From the NCBI GenBank assembly GCA_963703315.1, contig OY969811.1, forward strand, positions 3,008,001 through 3,072,000: a stretch of 64,000 bases of DNA, written 5' to 3'. A program made the translations under genes and the position numbers. The stretch comes from an uncultured cyanobacterium (GTDB lineage Bacteria > Cyanobacteriota > Cyanobacteriia > Pseudanabaenales > Pseudanabaenaceae). A model generated the notes under the pieces. It saw only the letters and a list, made by a program, of their open reading frames with translations. It searched no databases and was not told where the DNA came from. Each line of letters starts with the position of its first letter. Position 1 is the stretch's first letter. Shown piece after piece: positions 47,247 through 57,618 of the stretch.

Positions 47247-49586
47247 ATGATCTCGGAGTTTGAAGAGTTTGAGCATTCACAGTCACAGCGATCTGGGCGA
47301 TCGCTGCACATTTTGATCATTGAAGATGTTGAAGCTGATGTAGAACTAACATTGTTAACTCTAGAATCAGCAAACATATCTTTTACATACGATGTAACTG
47401 CTACTGCCGCCGAATGTCAGAAATATTTACAAGAGCAAACCTACGATGTCGTTTTGTCTGACTATCGGTTACCTAGTTTTAACGGTTTACAGGCTTTCAA
47501 GTTTTTACAGCTATCAGGGCAAGATATTCCTTTTATCTTAATCACTGGCAGTTTGGGAGAAGAAGCTGCGGTTGAATGTATTAGGTCAGGCATGACGGAC
47601 TATGTTCTAAAAGATCGGTTGTTTCGGCTGCCTAGTGCCTTAAAACGGGCTTTGCAAGAGTTTGAGTTACGGAAGCAGCAAAAAGAGGCGATCGCCCGCA
47701 TCGAGCAGCAAGCATGGCGGGAAACGATTATTAACCGTATTGTGCAGGCAATGCGCGAGACACTCATTTTAGAAGATGTCCTCCAAACTACCGCCGATCT
47801 GTTACATGAAGCTTTGCAGGTGAGTTTTTGCCTCATTTTTCAGCCCGATAAGTCCCAAACAATGCGGGTAAATTACATCAGTAAAAGTAGTAGTAAAAAC
47901 AGTTCCAATAACAGTATCACTCAGGGCATAGATTGCAATCTCTATAAATTTTATCAAGATGATTTATCGTTAGGGAAACAAGTTGTACTTGATCAAATTG
48001 ATGAGCGTATTCCTGAACTCAAGGAGGTCAAAGAAATCTATGGCATTCTATCGCTGGTGATTACACCTTTGTTTTATCAAAAAGTTTATTTGGGCGGCAT
48101 TAATCTTTATCAAAACGATCGCCAACGGACTTGGTCTGAGAATGAATTATCGTTAGTCAAAGCGATCGCCGATCAATGTGCGATCGCCATCCATCAGTCG
48201 CAACTCTACCAAAATGCTCAGTCCGAGTTGATGGAGCGCAAAAAAATGGAAGCCCAACTGCGTCACGATGCTTTTCATGATACTTTGACAGACTTACCCA
48301 ATCGCGCCTTATTTCTAGATCGGCTAAGCCATGCTTTACAACTATCACAAAGGCGATCGCACTTAAATGACAGCAGCCTTCCTGAGCAGTTTGCGATTCT
48401 CTTTTTGGATTTAGATCGATTTAAAGTCATTAATGACAGTCTCGGACATTTGGCAGGTGATCAATTATTAAAGACTGTCGCTAAACGGCTCATCACTTGT
48501 CTGAGAGCAGGAGATACGGTCGCAAGGCTGGGGGGAGATGAATTTGTGATGTTACTTGAAGAAATTGAAACGATCAATGATGTCATTGAAGTTGTCCAAA
48601 GAATTCAAGACATCTTAAAAGTGCCTGTTTATATCGATGAGAATGAAATCGTTATTAGTACCAGTATCGGCATTGCGCTCAGTTCTCCTAGTTACACTCA
48701 ACCAGATCAATTGCTCCGTGATGCAGACACCGCTATGTACCGCGCTAAAGAACAGGGGAGAGAGAGGTATGAAATATTTAACACCTCTATGCATACAGAA
48801 GCCCTTAAAAAGTTACGGTTAGAAAATGAGTTGCGACGAGCCATTGATCGCCAAGAATTACTATTGCATTATCAACCGATTGTGAATTTGCAATCTCTTG
48901 AAATCATTGGCTTTGAAGCTCTTGTCCGTTGGCAACATCCTGAACAAGGTTTAATTCCACCTGCCGAGTTTATTCCCATCGCCGAAGATGTCGGTTTAAT
49001 TACCTTGATCGACTTTTGGGTATTACAAGAAGCTTGCTTACAGTTACAAATATGGAAAAAGCAGTTTCCAAGTGCTAAAAATCTAACGATGAATGTCAAT
49101 CTATCTGGCAAACAGTTTAGTAAATCTAATTTGATTAGCCAAATTGATCAAGTATTAGAGAGAAATAACCTTAGTAAGGGTAGCCTCAAAATAGAAGTTA
49201 CGGAAAGTATATTAATTGAGAAGACTTCTCTAGCAACTCAAATCTTGCATGAACTGAATGAACGGCACATTCAAACCTGTATTGATGACTTTGGTACGGG
49301 CTATTCTTCGTTGAGCTATCTACACCGTTTCCCCATTCATACCATTAAGATCGATCGCTCTTTTATTACTCAAATAGGTACTAATTCGGAAAACAATGAA
49401 ATTGTCAAAGCAATTATTGTTTTGGGCATAAATCTGGGGTTAAATGTGGTGGCAGAAGGGATCGAAACTGCTGAGCAGTTGAAGGTGCTGCAAAGTTACG
49501 GTTGTCATTTAGGTCAAGGGTTCTATTTATTTAAGCCTTTAGAAGCGGCGGCGATCGACAAATTATTAGAACCTAGTTCCATATAG
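47247..49586 (+). CDS. REC-GAF-GGDEF-EAL protein
   Basis: REC domain (SDYRLP), GAF, GGDEF, EALVR and DDFGTGYSS motifs. Confidence 0.93.
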   Translation: MISEFEEFEHSQSQRSGRSLHILIIEDVEADVELTLLTLESANISFTYDVTATAAECQKYLQEQTYDVVLSDYRLPSFNGLQAFKFLQLSGQDIPFILITGSLGEEAAVECIRSGMTDYVLKDRLFRLPSALKRALQEFELRKQQKEAIARIEQQAWRETIINRIVQAMRETLILEDVLQTTADLLHEALQVSFCLIFQPDKSQTMRVNYISKSSSKNSSNNSITQGIDCNLYKFYQDDLSLGKQVVLDQIDERIPELKEVKEIYGILSLVITPLFYQKVYLGGINLYQNDRQRTWSENELSLVKAIADQCAIAIHQSQLYQNAQSELMERKKMEAQLRHDAFHDTLTDLPNRALFLDRLSHALQLSQRRSHLNDSSLPEQFAILFLDLDRFKVINDSLGHLAGDQLLKTVAKRLITCLRAGDTVARLGGDEFVMLLEEIETINDVIEVVQRIQDILKVPVYIDENEIVISTSIGIALSSPSYTQPDQLLRDADTAMYRAKEQGRERYEIFNTSMHTEALKKLRLENELRRAIDRQELLLHYQPIVNLQSLEIIGFEALVRWQHPEQGLIPPAEFIPIAEDVGLITLIDFWVLQEACLQLQIWKKQFPSAKNLTMNVNLSGKQFSKSNLISQIDQVLERNNLSKGSLKIEVTESILIEKTSLATQILHELNERHIQTCIDDFGTGYSSLSYLHRFPIHTIKIDRSFITQIGTNSENNEIVKAIIVLGINLGLNVVAEGIETAEQLKVLQSYGCHLGQGFYLFKPLEAAAIDKLLEPSSI

Positions 49587-49611
49587 AAGGGTCGCAGCGC
49601 GACCCTTCTAT
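49583..49611. terminator. Bidirectional hairpin overlapping the upstream stop codon
   Basis: atagaagggtcgc-agc-gcgacccttctat. Confidence 0.75.
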
Positions 49612-49615
49612 GTTT

Positions 49616-50497
49616 TTAAAACGCGATCGCCTGTTCTAAAGTGCTGACATTGACGAGGGCTAAACTGGGAGCCGTACGCTTGACTAGTCCTGTCAAAACC
49701 TTACCTGAACCAACCTCGATCGCCTGTTCATAGCCTTGTGCTGCTAGATACAAGCAAATTTCTCGCCAACGTACGGGTGAGGTCATCTGTTGACTAAGGC
49801 GATCGCGCAACACCTGTCCAGAAGTCGTTGCGTCATTTGGTTCCACATTAGAAATAACAGGAACTTCTGCATCATTAAAAGTAGTGCTATTCACAATGGC
49901 GGCAAACTGGGCGGCGGCATCTGCCATCAAAGGGGAATGGAACGCACCACTCACGGCTAAGGGAATTGCCCTTTTGGTTTTTACCTGTTCCACAATTGAT
50001 TTCACCGCAGCTTCCGTTCCCGAAATTACTACCTGATCCGCACTATTATCGTTTGCCAGAATTACGTTCTCAGTTTGGGCGATCGCTGTTTCTAGTTGTG
50101 GGCGATCGAATCCAATCAAAGCTGTCATTGCGCCGCCACTTGCCTCTGACATTAAAAGCGATCGCTGCTGCACTAGTTTTAAACCCGTAGCAAAGTCCAC
50201 CACACCTGCACAGTAGAGCGCACTATATTCTCCTAAGCTATGCCCTGTCACTACGTCAGGCTTTGCATCCTTTGATTTTAAGATATCAGCAAGGATTGCC
50301 GAAATTACATAGAGACAAGGTTGTGTAAATTGCGTTTTAGAAAGCTCTGTCGCATCGGTTTGCGATTTTTCTAAAATCGACCAGCCCAAAATTTGATCTG
50401 CCTGATCAAACTTGTCCTTGCCCACTTCCGCAAGGTCTAAGCCCATCCCCACAGCTTGAGAGCCTTGTCCGGGAAATATCCATACATTTTTGGTCAT
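49616..50497 (-). CDS. fabD: Malonyl-CoA-ACP transacylase
   Basis: FPGQGSQ, GHSLGEY and VSGAFHS motifs. Confidence 0.97.
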   Translation of the reverse strand: MTKNVWIFPGQGSQAVGMGLDLAEVGKDKFDQADQILGWSILEKSQTDATELSKTQFTQPCLYVISAILADILKSKDAKPDVVTGHSLGEYSALYCAGVVDFATGLKLVQQRSLLMSEASGGAMTALIGFDRPQLETAIAQTENVILANDNSADQVVISGTEAAVKSIVEQVKTKRAIPLAVSGAFHSPLMADAAAQFAAIVNSTTFNDAEVPVISNVEPNDATTSGQVLRDRLSQQMTSPVRWREICLYLAAQGYEQAIEVGSGKVLTGLVKRTAPSLALVNVSTLEQAIAF

Positions 50498-50551
50498 TCT
50501 TGTAGGTTTATTTTATGTTTATTTATGGTTTCTAATTATCGCAATAAAAAT

Positions 50552-50734
50552 GTAGGGGCTTAGCATTTGCGCCACAATTTTTAAACCCATTACAGAAATT
50601 CCGATCCGCAAATGCTAAGCCCTCTGTGCTTTTACAGACAATTTACCCCTGCGTTGCGAGGTTTTGGGCAGAGCATTCCCAAAGAAAAACTATCTAAAAA
50701 TTGATAAATTTACGCGGGAATGCTTTGCCCCTAC
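50552..50734. repeat. Two GTAG-type REP/REPIN-like inverted doublets
   Basis: GTAGGGGCTTAGCATTTGCG...CGCAAATGCTAAGCCCT and GGGCAGAGCATTCCC...GGGAATGCTTTGCCCCTAC. Confidence 0.7.
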
Positions 50735-50740
50735 GTTTAC

Positions 50741-51235
50741 CTAATGAATGATATATTTTTGCCATTCGTCATGGTTGCCCGATCGCAGATATTTGGTCAC
50801 CTCAAAATGCAAACCACTATGGGGGCGACGGGGTTGCTTGCGGAGAGGCATTGATGCTTCTTTAGGGGTGCGGTTGCCTTTTTTGACATTGCAACGGACA
50901 CAGGCGGTAATAATATTGTCCCAACTGTCACCACCACCACGCGATCGGGGCAGCACATGATCCAGTGTTAGGTCATCGCCTGTATGCCCACAGTACTGGC
51001 AAGCATGGGCATCACGATGGAGAATATTACGACGGGTTAGGGGAATTTCTTTGTAGGGAATGCTGACATATTGCAACATTCGTATCACAGTGGGCAATGG
51101 CATCCCCGGATAAATCATTCTGCCATTGTGTTCGACTTGTTCTGCTTTGCCTTTTATGACCAACACAATTGCACGCTGCCAGTTGGTGATGTTCAGCGGC
51201 TCATAGGATGCGTTTAGTACAAGGACTTTTGCCAT
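50741..51235 (-). CDS. HNH endonuclease (conserved VLVLNASYEP family)
   Basis: CQYCG, TLDHVLPRSRGG and CVRCNVKK motifs. Confidence 0.92.
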   Translation of the reverse strand: MAKVLVLNASYEPLNITNWQRAIVLVIKGKAEQVEHNGRMIYPGMPLPTVIRMLQYVSIPYKEIPLTRRNILHRDAHACQYCGHTGDDLTLDHVLPRSRGGGDSWDNIITACVRCNVKKGNRTPKEASMPLRKQPRRPHSGLHFEVTKYLRSGNHDEWQKYIIH

Positions 51236-54166
51236 TACTATCCAGCGAACTTACAAGAGATGCTAGCACAGCTAATCCACATCAGCCAAAAATTTGTCAA
51301 ATTTCACTCAAAAATGTGATGGCACTATCGGCGATCGCACAGCAAAAGTCAGCGATCGTAATCTTTAACCTTCTAGCCCACCCTTAATTGCGGCAATTAC
51401 AACTTTTGCGACAGGATGATTGATTGCTTCTTCTAGTGCGGTAATGCCCCCTTCTTTGAGAGCATTGAGTATTTTGTGTTGAAGCGTGGAATCTTTTTTT
51501 ATCGTATTGATAGCTTCATCTTTGATAAGATTTTGTCCCTTTTCGGTATTGGGATTGTACTCTTCCGAAAGTTGCTCGAGTAGCTCTTTGATTTCTTTGG
51601 CAGCTTGTGCAAGATTTTGGGAATTGTTGATTTGAGTTCCGATTTTATCGCGTCCAACTTTGTCACCACCGATTTTATCACCGCGCACATAGTCACCGCC
51701 AAAGCTAGTTTGTGAATTGCTCATAGTTTGCTCTTGGTTTTGATTAACGTAAATGCTAACAGATGCTGAATTTGATAGTTGGTTATCCTTATCCAATCGT
51801 TTATTTTCATCTTCAAAAGATTTGGATAGCATTGACCTTAAGCCAGCATCATCAATTAAGCCTAATACATTGACAGATTCATAACTAATGTCACACTCAA
51901 CGGTGTATTTGCGGTTTTCATAGCGACGTTTGAGGTTGGTGAATTCGTAGAAATGGGGATTTTGACTGCCGCCACAGGTGTTGCAGTTGCAGGGGATGAG
52001 CTTTTGATATTTGTCGGCGAGGCGTTTGTAGGAGTTGTGGATTTTGTCGAGTTCGTGGGTGACTACTGTTAATAGGTCGCGCTTGTTTTTGCCAGAGACG
52101 CGGATCTTGATTTCGCGTTTGCCATAGTTTTCAATGACTTCGGCATAGGTGTTGCTGATATTTTTGCAGTGGATGATTACGCCGCTACGCCAGACGATTT
52201 GGTTATTGGCTAGGTCTTTATTGATATGTTCGTGCATGGCGACGATGAACTGACGCACGATGCCTTTGGGCATGAAGTCGTAGGTATAGCGGAGGATCAG
52301 GTTTTCGGATTCATCCCAAGCGTATTCAGGTTGGTTTTCGGTGAGGAGTTGGGGGGCGATGTAACTGCCTTTTTCTTGCGGGATTTCGTAGCAGAGTTGA
52401 AACTTTTTCATTAGTTCCAGTAAGCCGCTATGCATTCCTGTATATTCGTCTGCGCTCCAAATTTGGGCAAGTTCTTTGTTGCTGAAGCGTCCAAAGTTGC
52501 GGATTACTTCGGGATTGTCGAGAACGGCATAGGCGGCATCGGTTCCCCATTTTGGTTTGAGGATAACGATTTGATAGAGGGGAGACATTTCATCGTCTTG
52601 GAAATGCAGACAGATGCCGAGGTCATGGAGATAGCCGCTAAGCTGTAATGCGTCTTTACGCTCTTTAAAGCCTTTGTCCTCGCAGATTTGGAGATATTCA
52701 CTGAGGTTAATGTAGTTGCGCGGATCGTTCTCTAGGGCTTGGCGGACTTTGACCCATGTTTTGGGTAGGGTTTGACCGATGTGGGGGAGTTGATTGAGTT
52801 GATGTTTGGCTTCTTTCAGGATTTTATCTAAATCGCGGTTGGTGGCGAGATTGGTGGCAAAGACATCTTTAAAACTGCCAAATTCTCCGCGCAGTTCTTT
52901 GACATTAATTTCCCTCTGACGGTCTTGTTTTTCGTTTTTGATAATCAGAATCGGGCTGTTGTCGCTAAGGAGTTCGATGACGTTGAGCCAATAGTAAAAA
53001 TCGGTGTCTTCTTTGCGGGTATCGGCAACGAGGAGATAGAGGGAGCGTTTGGTGAGGAAATATTGATGGGTGGAGTGATAGATTTCTTGTCCGCCGAAGT
53101 CCCAGATATTGACGTTGAATTGCTTGCCATCGTTGCGGGGAAATGACCAATGTAATACTTCGATGCCTTTTGTGCTGTCTTCTTCGCAGAGTTGGTAATT
53201 GGGATTAATGATTTTATTAGCAAGGGAGGTTTTGCCTGCGCCGCCTTCACCGACAATCAGGAGTTTTGCTTCGTAGAGGTAGTCTACGCCTTCGGCTTCT
53301 ATTTGTTTGAAATATTGACGAATGGCTTCAATACCTTCTTTTACTACTTCTAAGGGTGGTTCTGTTATTGGATTTTTGTCTAGATTTAGATAAGAAAGTT
53401 TGGTTAACCTTGTAATCAAGTCGGGAATCGCGCTGAGATGTGTGCCGATAAGGTCAAGGGATTGGAGATTGGTTAACCTTGTAATCGAGTCGGGAATCGC
53501 GCTGAGACTGTTGTAGCTAAGGTCAAGGGATTGGAGATTGGTTAGCCTTGTAATCGAGTCGGGAATCGCGCTGAGACTGTTGTAGCTAAGGTCAAGGGAT
53601 TGGAGATTGGTTAGCCTTGTAATCGAGTCGGGAATCGCGCTGAGACTGTTGTAGCTAAGGTCAAGGGATTGGAGATTGGTTAACCTTGTAATCGAGTCGG
53701 GAATCGCGCTGAGACTGTTGTAGCTAAGGTCAAGGGATTGGAGATTGGTTAACCTTGCAATTAAGTAGTAAATATAGATGATACTGTTTCCGCTAAGGTC
53801 AAGGGATTGGAGATTGGTTAACCTAGCAATCGAGTCGCAAATCTCGCTGATACTGTTGTTTTTAAGGTCAAGGGATTGGAGATTGGTTAACCTTGTAATC
53901 GAGTCGGGAATCTCGCTTAGACTGTTTCTGCTAAGGTCAAGGGATTGGAGATTGGTTAACCTTGTAATCGAGTCGGGAATCTCGCTTAGACTGTTTCCGC
54001 TAAGGTCAAGGGATTGGAGATTGGTTAACCTAGCAATCGAGTCGCAAATCTCGCTGATACTGTTGTTTTTAAGGTCAAGGGATTGGAGATTAATTAACCT
54101 TGTAATCGAGTCGGGAATCTCGCTTAGATTGTTTCCGCTAAGGTCAAGGGATTGGAGATTGGTTAA

Positions 54167-55425
54167 CTCAGATCTTGCACCATTCCTGAAAATGTTAAGT
54201 GGGAATGGGTTTGAGAATAATTTCAAAGCCATGACGAGCAGCAATATCGGCACTAATTTGAAGATACCTGAGAAGTTTCAACCAAAGGACAGAAGGGAAT
54301 AAAACAGAAAGAGTTAAATCACAGGTAGCTTTCCAGTCCAAGATGGGAGGACTCGACCATTGATCAATCCAATGAACCAAAAGATAAGCAAGCAGAGAAA
54401 GGATAAGCCAACGATAAACGCCAAGTTTTGTAGATTGTCCAAAACAATGCAAACCAAAGCGATGTTTGATGGTTTTGAAGAAACCCTCAATTGCCCAACG
54501 CTTACGCCCCAACATAACCAGATAAGCACCAGAATAAGGATGAGAAGAGACGACAAAGCGTAACTCCCGTTTACTATCGGCTCTTTTGAGCCAGAACCAA
54601 GAGATGGTCAAAGGCTTAGTTAGCCCTTTCAGTAAAACTTGTTGTCCACGGTTGCCATGGCGATAAAGTTGTTTGACGGTACGTCCATCTTGAAGTTTGC
54701 GATTGTTGCGTACGCCAACAACTATGCGCCAAGACTTGGCGCGGACAGCATTGAAAAACTTCACCGTACTAAACTCAGTATCAGCAAGGACAATCACAGT
54801 CTTGCCTTGGGTTAGTTGCTTGGGTACTGTCCCCAACAACTTACAAGCTAAGTCAGAGGGACTGGGGTATCCTTTGCCGCGCCATACTCTAAAACTCCAT
54901 GGTACGCGCCACTCTCCATAGACCAAATACAGTACAACCAGATGTAGTCCTCGCTTGCCGTTTAGTATTCTCACCCATGGGTCGGGTTTGTCTTTAGTGG
55001 GATTGCTCAATTGTAAGAACTTGCCGCATTTTTCTAGGGTCGTCAAATCTATCAGGATCTTTAATGGCACTTGTTTCGATGGATGATGCTTGCCGATTTG
55101 TCCCAAAATAGCCTGCCTTGTTGCTCGAATTAGTCCTCTGGTTGACCAGTTATAGTGATTGAGAAATCGACTGAGCGCACTTGCTGATTTTATCTGTGTA
55201 TGTTCTGGATAAGGATGCCCTTGTGCTTCCAGAAATAGCCCTAATATTGCATTGAGACTTGCTTTTTGATACACACTTGGCATCAAACACAGAAGACTAT
55301 ACACTAGCCATTGGGCGTGTTTAACGATGCTTTCCATAATCGTTATTTGAATTTACTACTACGCCCTTTTTTTCACATTTCTGCTCTTTCTACAACCCCT
55401 TTTCTTGAATGGTGCAAGATCTCAG
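54167..55425 (-). mobile_element. Insertion sequence (DDE, IS4/IS701-like; family uncertain), 1259 bp
   Basis: TIRs CTCAGATCTTGCACCATTC / GAATGGTGCAAGATCTCAG; TTAA duplication (54163-66, 55426-29), equivalently readable as a 6-bp GTTAAC duplication. Confidence 0.92.
54195..55337 (-). CDS. DDE transposase
   Basis: IDLTTLEK, LADTEF and RWAIEGFFK motifs. Confidence 0.9.
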   Translation of the reverse strand: MESIVKHAQWLVYSLLCLMPSVYQKASLNAILGLFLEAQGHPYPEHTQIKSASALSRFLNHYNWSTRGLIRATRQAILGQIGKHHPSKQVPLKILIDLTTLEKCGKFLQLSNPTKDKPDPWVRILNGKRGLHLVVLYLVYGEWRVPWSFRVWRGKGYPSPSDLACKLLGTVPKQLTQGKTVIVLADTEFSTVKFFNAVRAKSWRIVVGVRNNRKLQDGRTVKQLYRHGNRGQQVLLKGLTKPLTISWFWLKRADSKRELRFVVSSHPYSGAYLVMLGRKRWAIEGFFKTIKHRFGLHCFGQSTKLGVYRWLILSLLAYLLVHWIDQWSSPPILDWKATCDLTLSVLFPSVLWLKLLRYLQISADIAARHGFEIILKPIPT

Positions 55426-55986
55426 TTAACCTTGTAATCGAGTCGGGAATCTCACTTAGACTGTTTCCGCTAAGGTCAAGGGATTGGAGATTGGTTAACC
55501 TTGTAATCGAGTCGGGAATCTCGCTTAGATTGTTTCCGCTAAGGTCAAGGGATTGGAGATTGGTTAACCTTGTAATCGAGTCGGGAATCTCGTTGAGATC
55601 GTTGCTTCCAAGGTCAAGAGATTGGAGATTAGATAATTCTGCTATTTCAGTGGGTAAAGTTTTGAGCAAATTAACCAAAAGGGTTAATGTACCACTACTA
55701 TAACCCTTATCAGACAAGTAATGATTTGTTTCAATGATTGTTCCTAAAACCAATTTCTTCAAACTTGTGCAATTCCCGATCGCTGCTGGTAATACCTCAA
55801 TCCCCTTCCCCGACAGATCGAGTTCTTCCCAATTCTCCCGCGCCGCCTGTTCAATAAGTTCTTCTAATTCCGATGGCAACATGATTTCAAGGAAAAAGTA
55901 AAAGGGTAAAAGGAAAAAATTGGGTTGAGGTTGAGGGCGATTGTATGAAATTTACAGTAAACCAAATGTTAGACATTAAGAATAAC

Positions 55987-56080
55987 TTACAAATATTCTA
56001 AATTGCCAACCATATCTTCAGGCGTTAACACCTCCCAGATCAAAATCAGACTCCTCAAAATCTCGCCAGTTGTCCGAGAT
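55987..56080 (-). pseudogene. C-terminal fragment of a DUF5615/PIN-like toxin
   Basis: Minus frame reads SRTTGEILRSLILIWEVLTPEDMVGNLEYL*. Confidence 0.55.
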
Positions 56081-56165
56081 CGCTTTAGGTCTTTCTCTGG
56101 ATGACGTTAAACAGTTAATATCTGAGTAAAATAGGCAGTAAGTTAAAAATTTAAGGGTGTCAATT

Positions 56166-56381
56166 ATGACCCAAGCATTACACGCCGCCATTGAGTCAGT
56201 TAAATCGCTCAGCCTAGAGGAGAAGCATCAACTCTGGTTAATTCTCGATGAGGCGATCGCCCAAGCTGAAGAGCAAGACTGGCTAGAGGACGATGAAACG
56301 GCTGCGAAAATTCAGCAAGTACGCGAAGAGTATAGACAAGGTGAATACATTACGTTTCATCAGTACCTTACTCAAAAATAG
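56166..56381 (+). CDS. Putative antitoxin
   Basis: Small acidic ORF ending 2 bp upstream of the RelE gene. Confidence 0.7.
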   Translation: MTQALHAAIESVKSLSLEEKHQLWLILDEAIAQAEEQDWLEDDETAAKIQQVREEYRQGEYITFHQYLTQK

Positions 56382-56383
56382 TC

Positions 56384-56647
56384 ATGACTTACACAATTAT
56401 CGTCACCAAGTCTATCCAAAAAGATTTAGATAATCTTCCTAATGACATCAAAACTAGGATTTACAGCAAAATATCACAACTATCCGAAGATCCACGTCCT
56501 GACAGTGTAACCAAACTAAAAGGTTATGAGAATGAATATCGGATTAGAATCGGTGACTATCGGGTTCGTTATGAAATTATCGACAAAGACGAAACTGTTT
56601 TGCTGTTGCAATGCAAGCATAGGCGAGAGGTTTATAAAAATCGTTGA
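56384..56647 (+). CDS. RelE/ParE-family toxin
   Basis: KLKGYENEYRIRIGDYRVRYEI..HRREVY. Confidence 0.9.
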   Translation: MTYTIIVTKSIQKDLDNLPNDIKTRIYSKISQLSEDPRPDSVTKLKGYENEYRIRIGDYRVRYEIIDKDETVLLLQCKHRREVYKNR

Positions 56648-56654
56648 ATACCAT

Positions 56655-56849
56655 ATGAAAAAGATTAGTTATAGCAAAGATGTTGATGCGCTCTTAATTG
56701 AAATTTCTAATGATGCGATCGCCTATGCAGAAGAAGATAGTCAAGTAATTTTGCATTATTCACCAGACGATAAACTGGTTCTAGTTGAAATTCTAGACTT
56801 TCGCCGCTTTATGTCTAAGGAGTCCGTTGCTGCTATGTTAGCAGTTTAA
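56655..56849 (+). CDS. DUF2283-like small protein
   Basis: MKKISYSKDVDALLIE..LVLVEILD. Confidence 0.75.
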   Translation: MKKISYSKDVDALLIEISNDAIAYAEEDSQVILHYSPDDKLVLVEILDFRRFMSKESVAAMLAV

Positions 56850-56888
56850 AAACTAATTGATTCCGCCATAACGCTCCTTCAACTTTTG

Positions 56889-57173
56889 TTACAAAAGAGA
56901 AGTCGTTTTAGCCTTCATTTCTATCGCAAAAGCCTCATCTTCAGCGATCTGTTGTCTAATTTCTCGAAAATGATCATGATAATAAGCCAATGCAGAATAA
57001 ACATCCGACAGCGTGATAGATGGATATTGAGAGACTATTTCATCAGCAGACAAACCCATTCGTTCATGCCAAATCACAATATCCTCAACCCTAATCCGAT
57101 GTCCAGCAATCCGAGGTTTACCTCCGCAGACACCTTGATTAATCTCAATATGGTTATTAATTACTGTTGTCAT
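56889..57173 (-). CDS. DUF433-family antitoxin
   Basis: VCGGKPRIAGHRIRVEDI..ALAYY. Confidence 0.88.
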   Translation of the reverse strand: MTTVINNHIEINQGVCGGKPRIAGHRIRVEDIVIWHERMGLSADEIVSQYPSITLSDVYSALAYYHDHFREIRQQIAEDEAFAIEMKAKTTSLL

Positions 57174-57261
57174 AATAAGTAAAAAGGTAAAAGGAAAAAA
57201 GGGGGACATTTACAATGAGATTAGACTCTCTTTGACTTGTTGACTCAGGTATATCTCGCTG

Positions 57262-57618
57262 TTAGCTTATCTCATAATCCAAACACAGCATCAAAGCATC
57301 CAACAAATCTCTAACCACCTCATCTGAGACAACACCCACATATTTTACTAAACGTTCCACAGAAACACTACGAATTTGCAAAACATTTCCTGCTGAATCT
57401 ACATCAAGTCCATTGCTATCTGTTTTGAGTATGGGAACCATAAACGGACGGTTTACAAACTTCGGATGCCATGTCGCTACAGGTACAACGATCCGCATTT
57501 GAATATCTGACAAAAAATTAGAACTGACAATCACGGCTGGACGTGTTTTCTGAATCTCTTGTCCCCTTGTCGGATCGAGTTGAACTAACCAAATTTCACC
57601 ACGTTTAGAAACTCTCAT
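57262..57618 (-). CDS. PemK/MazF-family toxin
   Basis: RGEIWLVQLDPTRGQEIQKTRPAVIVS..QIRSVS..RL. Confidence 0.92.
   Translation of the reverse strand: MRVSKRGEIWLVQLDPTRGQEIQKTRPAVIVSSNFLSDIQMRIVVPVATWHPKFVNRPFMVPILKTDSNGLDVDSAGNVLQIRSVSVERLVKYVGVVSDEVVRDLLDALMLCLDYEIS

Larger units (their letters stand above)
53400..55640 (-). repeat. Near-identical 69-bp tandem repeats encoding 23-aa LRRs (about 14 units, interrupted by the IS)
   Basis: Recurrent aaggtcaagggattggagattggttaaccttgtaatcgagtcgggaatc; four identical SYNSLSAIPDSITR units. Confidence 0.92.
51365..55882 (-). pseudogene. LRR-Roc-COR (ROCO) GTPase gene split by an IS
   Basis: N-cap and LRRs at 55882-55426; LRRs, GEGGAGKTS, WDFGGQE, COR and tail at 54166-51365; both parts are in the same frame. 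Confidence 0.88.

Noticed and set aside
53778..54302. 174-aa plus-strand repetitive ORF (also 55311..55703)
   Set aside because: Antisense shadow of the LRR repeats.
53400..55640. Regular repeats resembling a CRISPR array
   Set aside because: They are contiguous 69-bp in-frame LRR coding units with no unique spacers and no cas genes.
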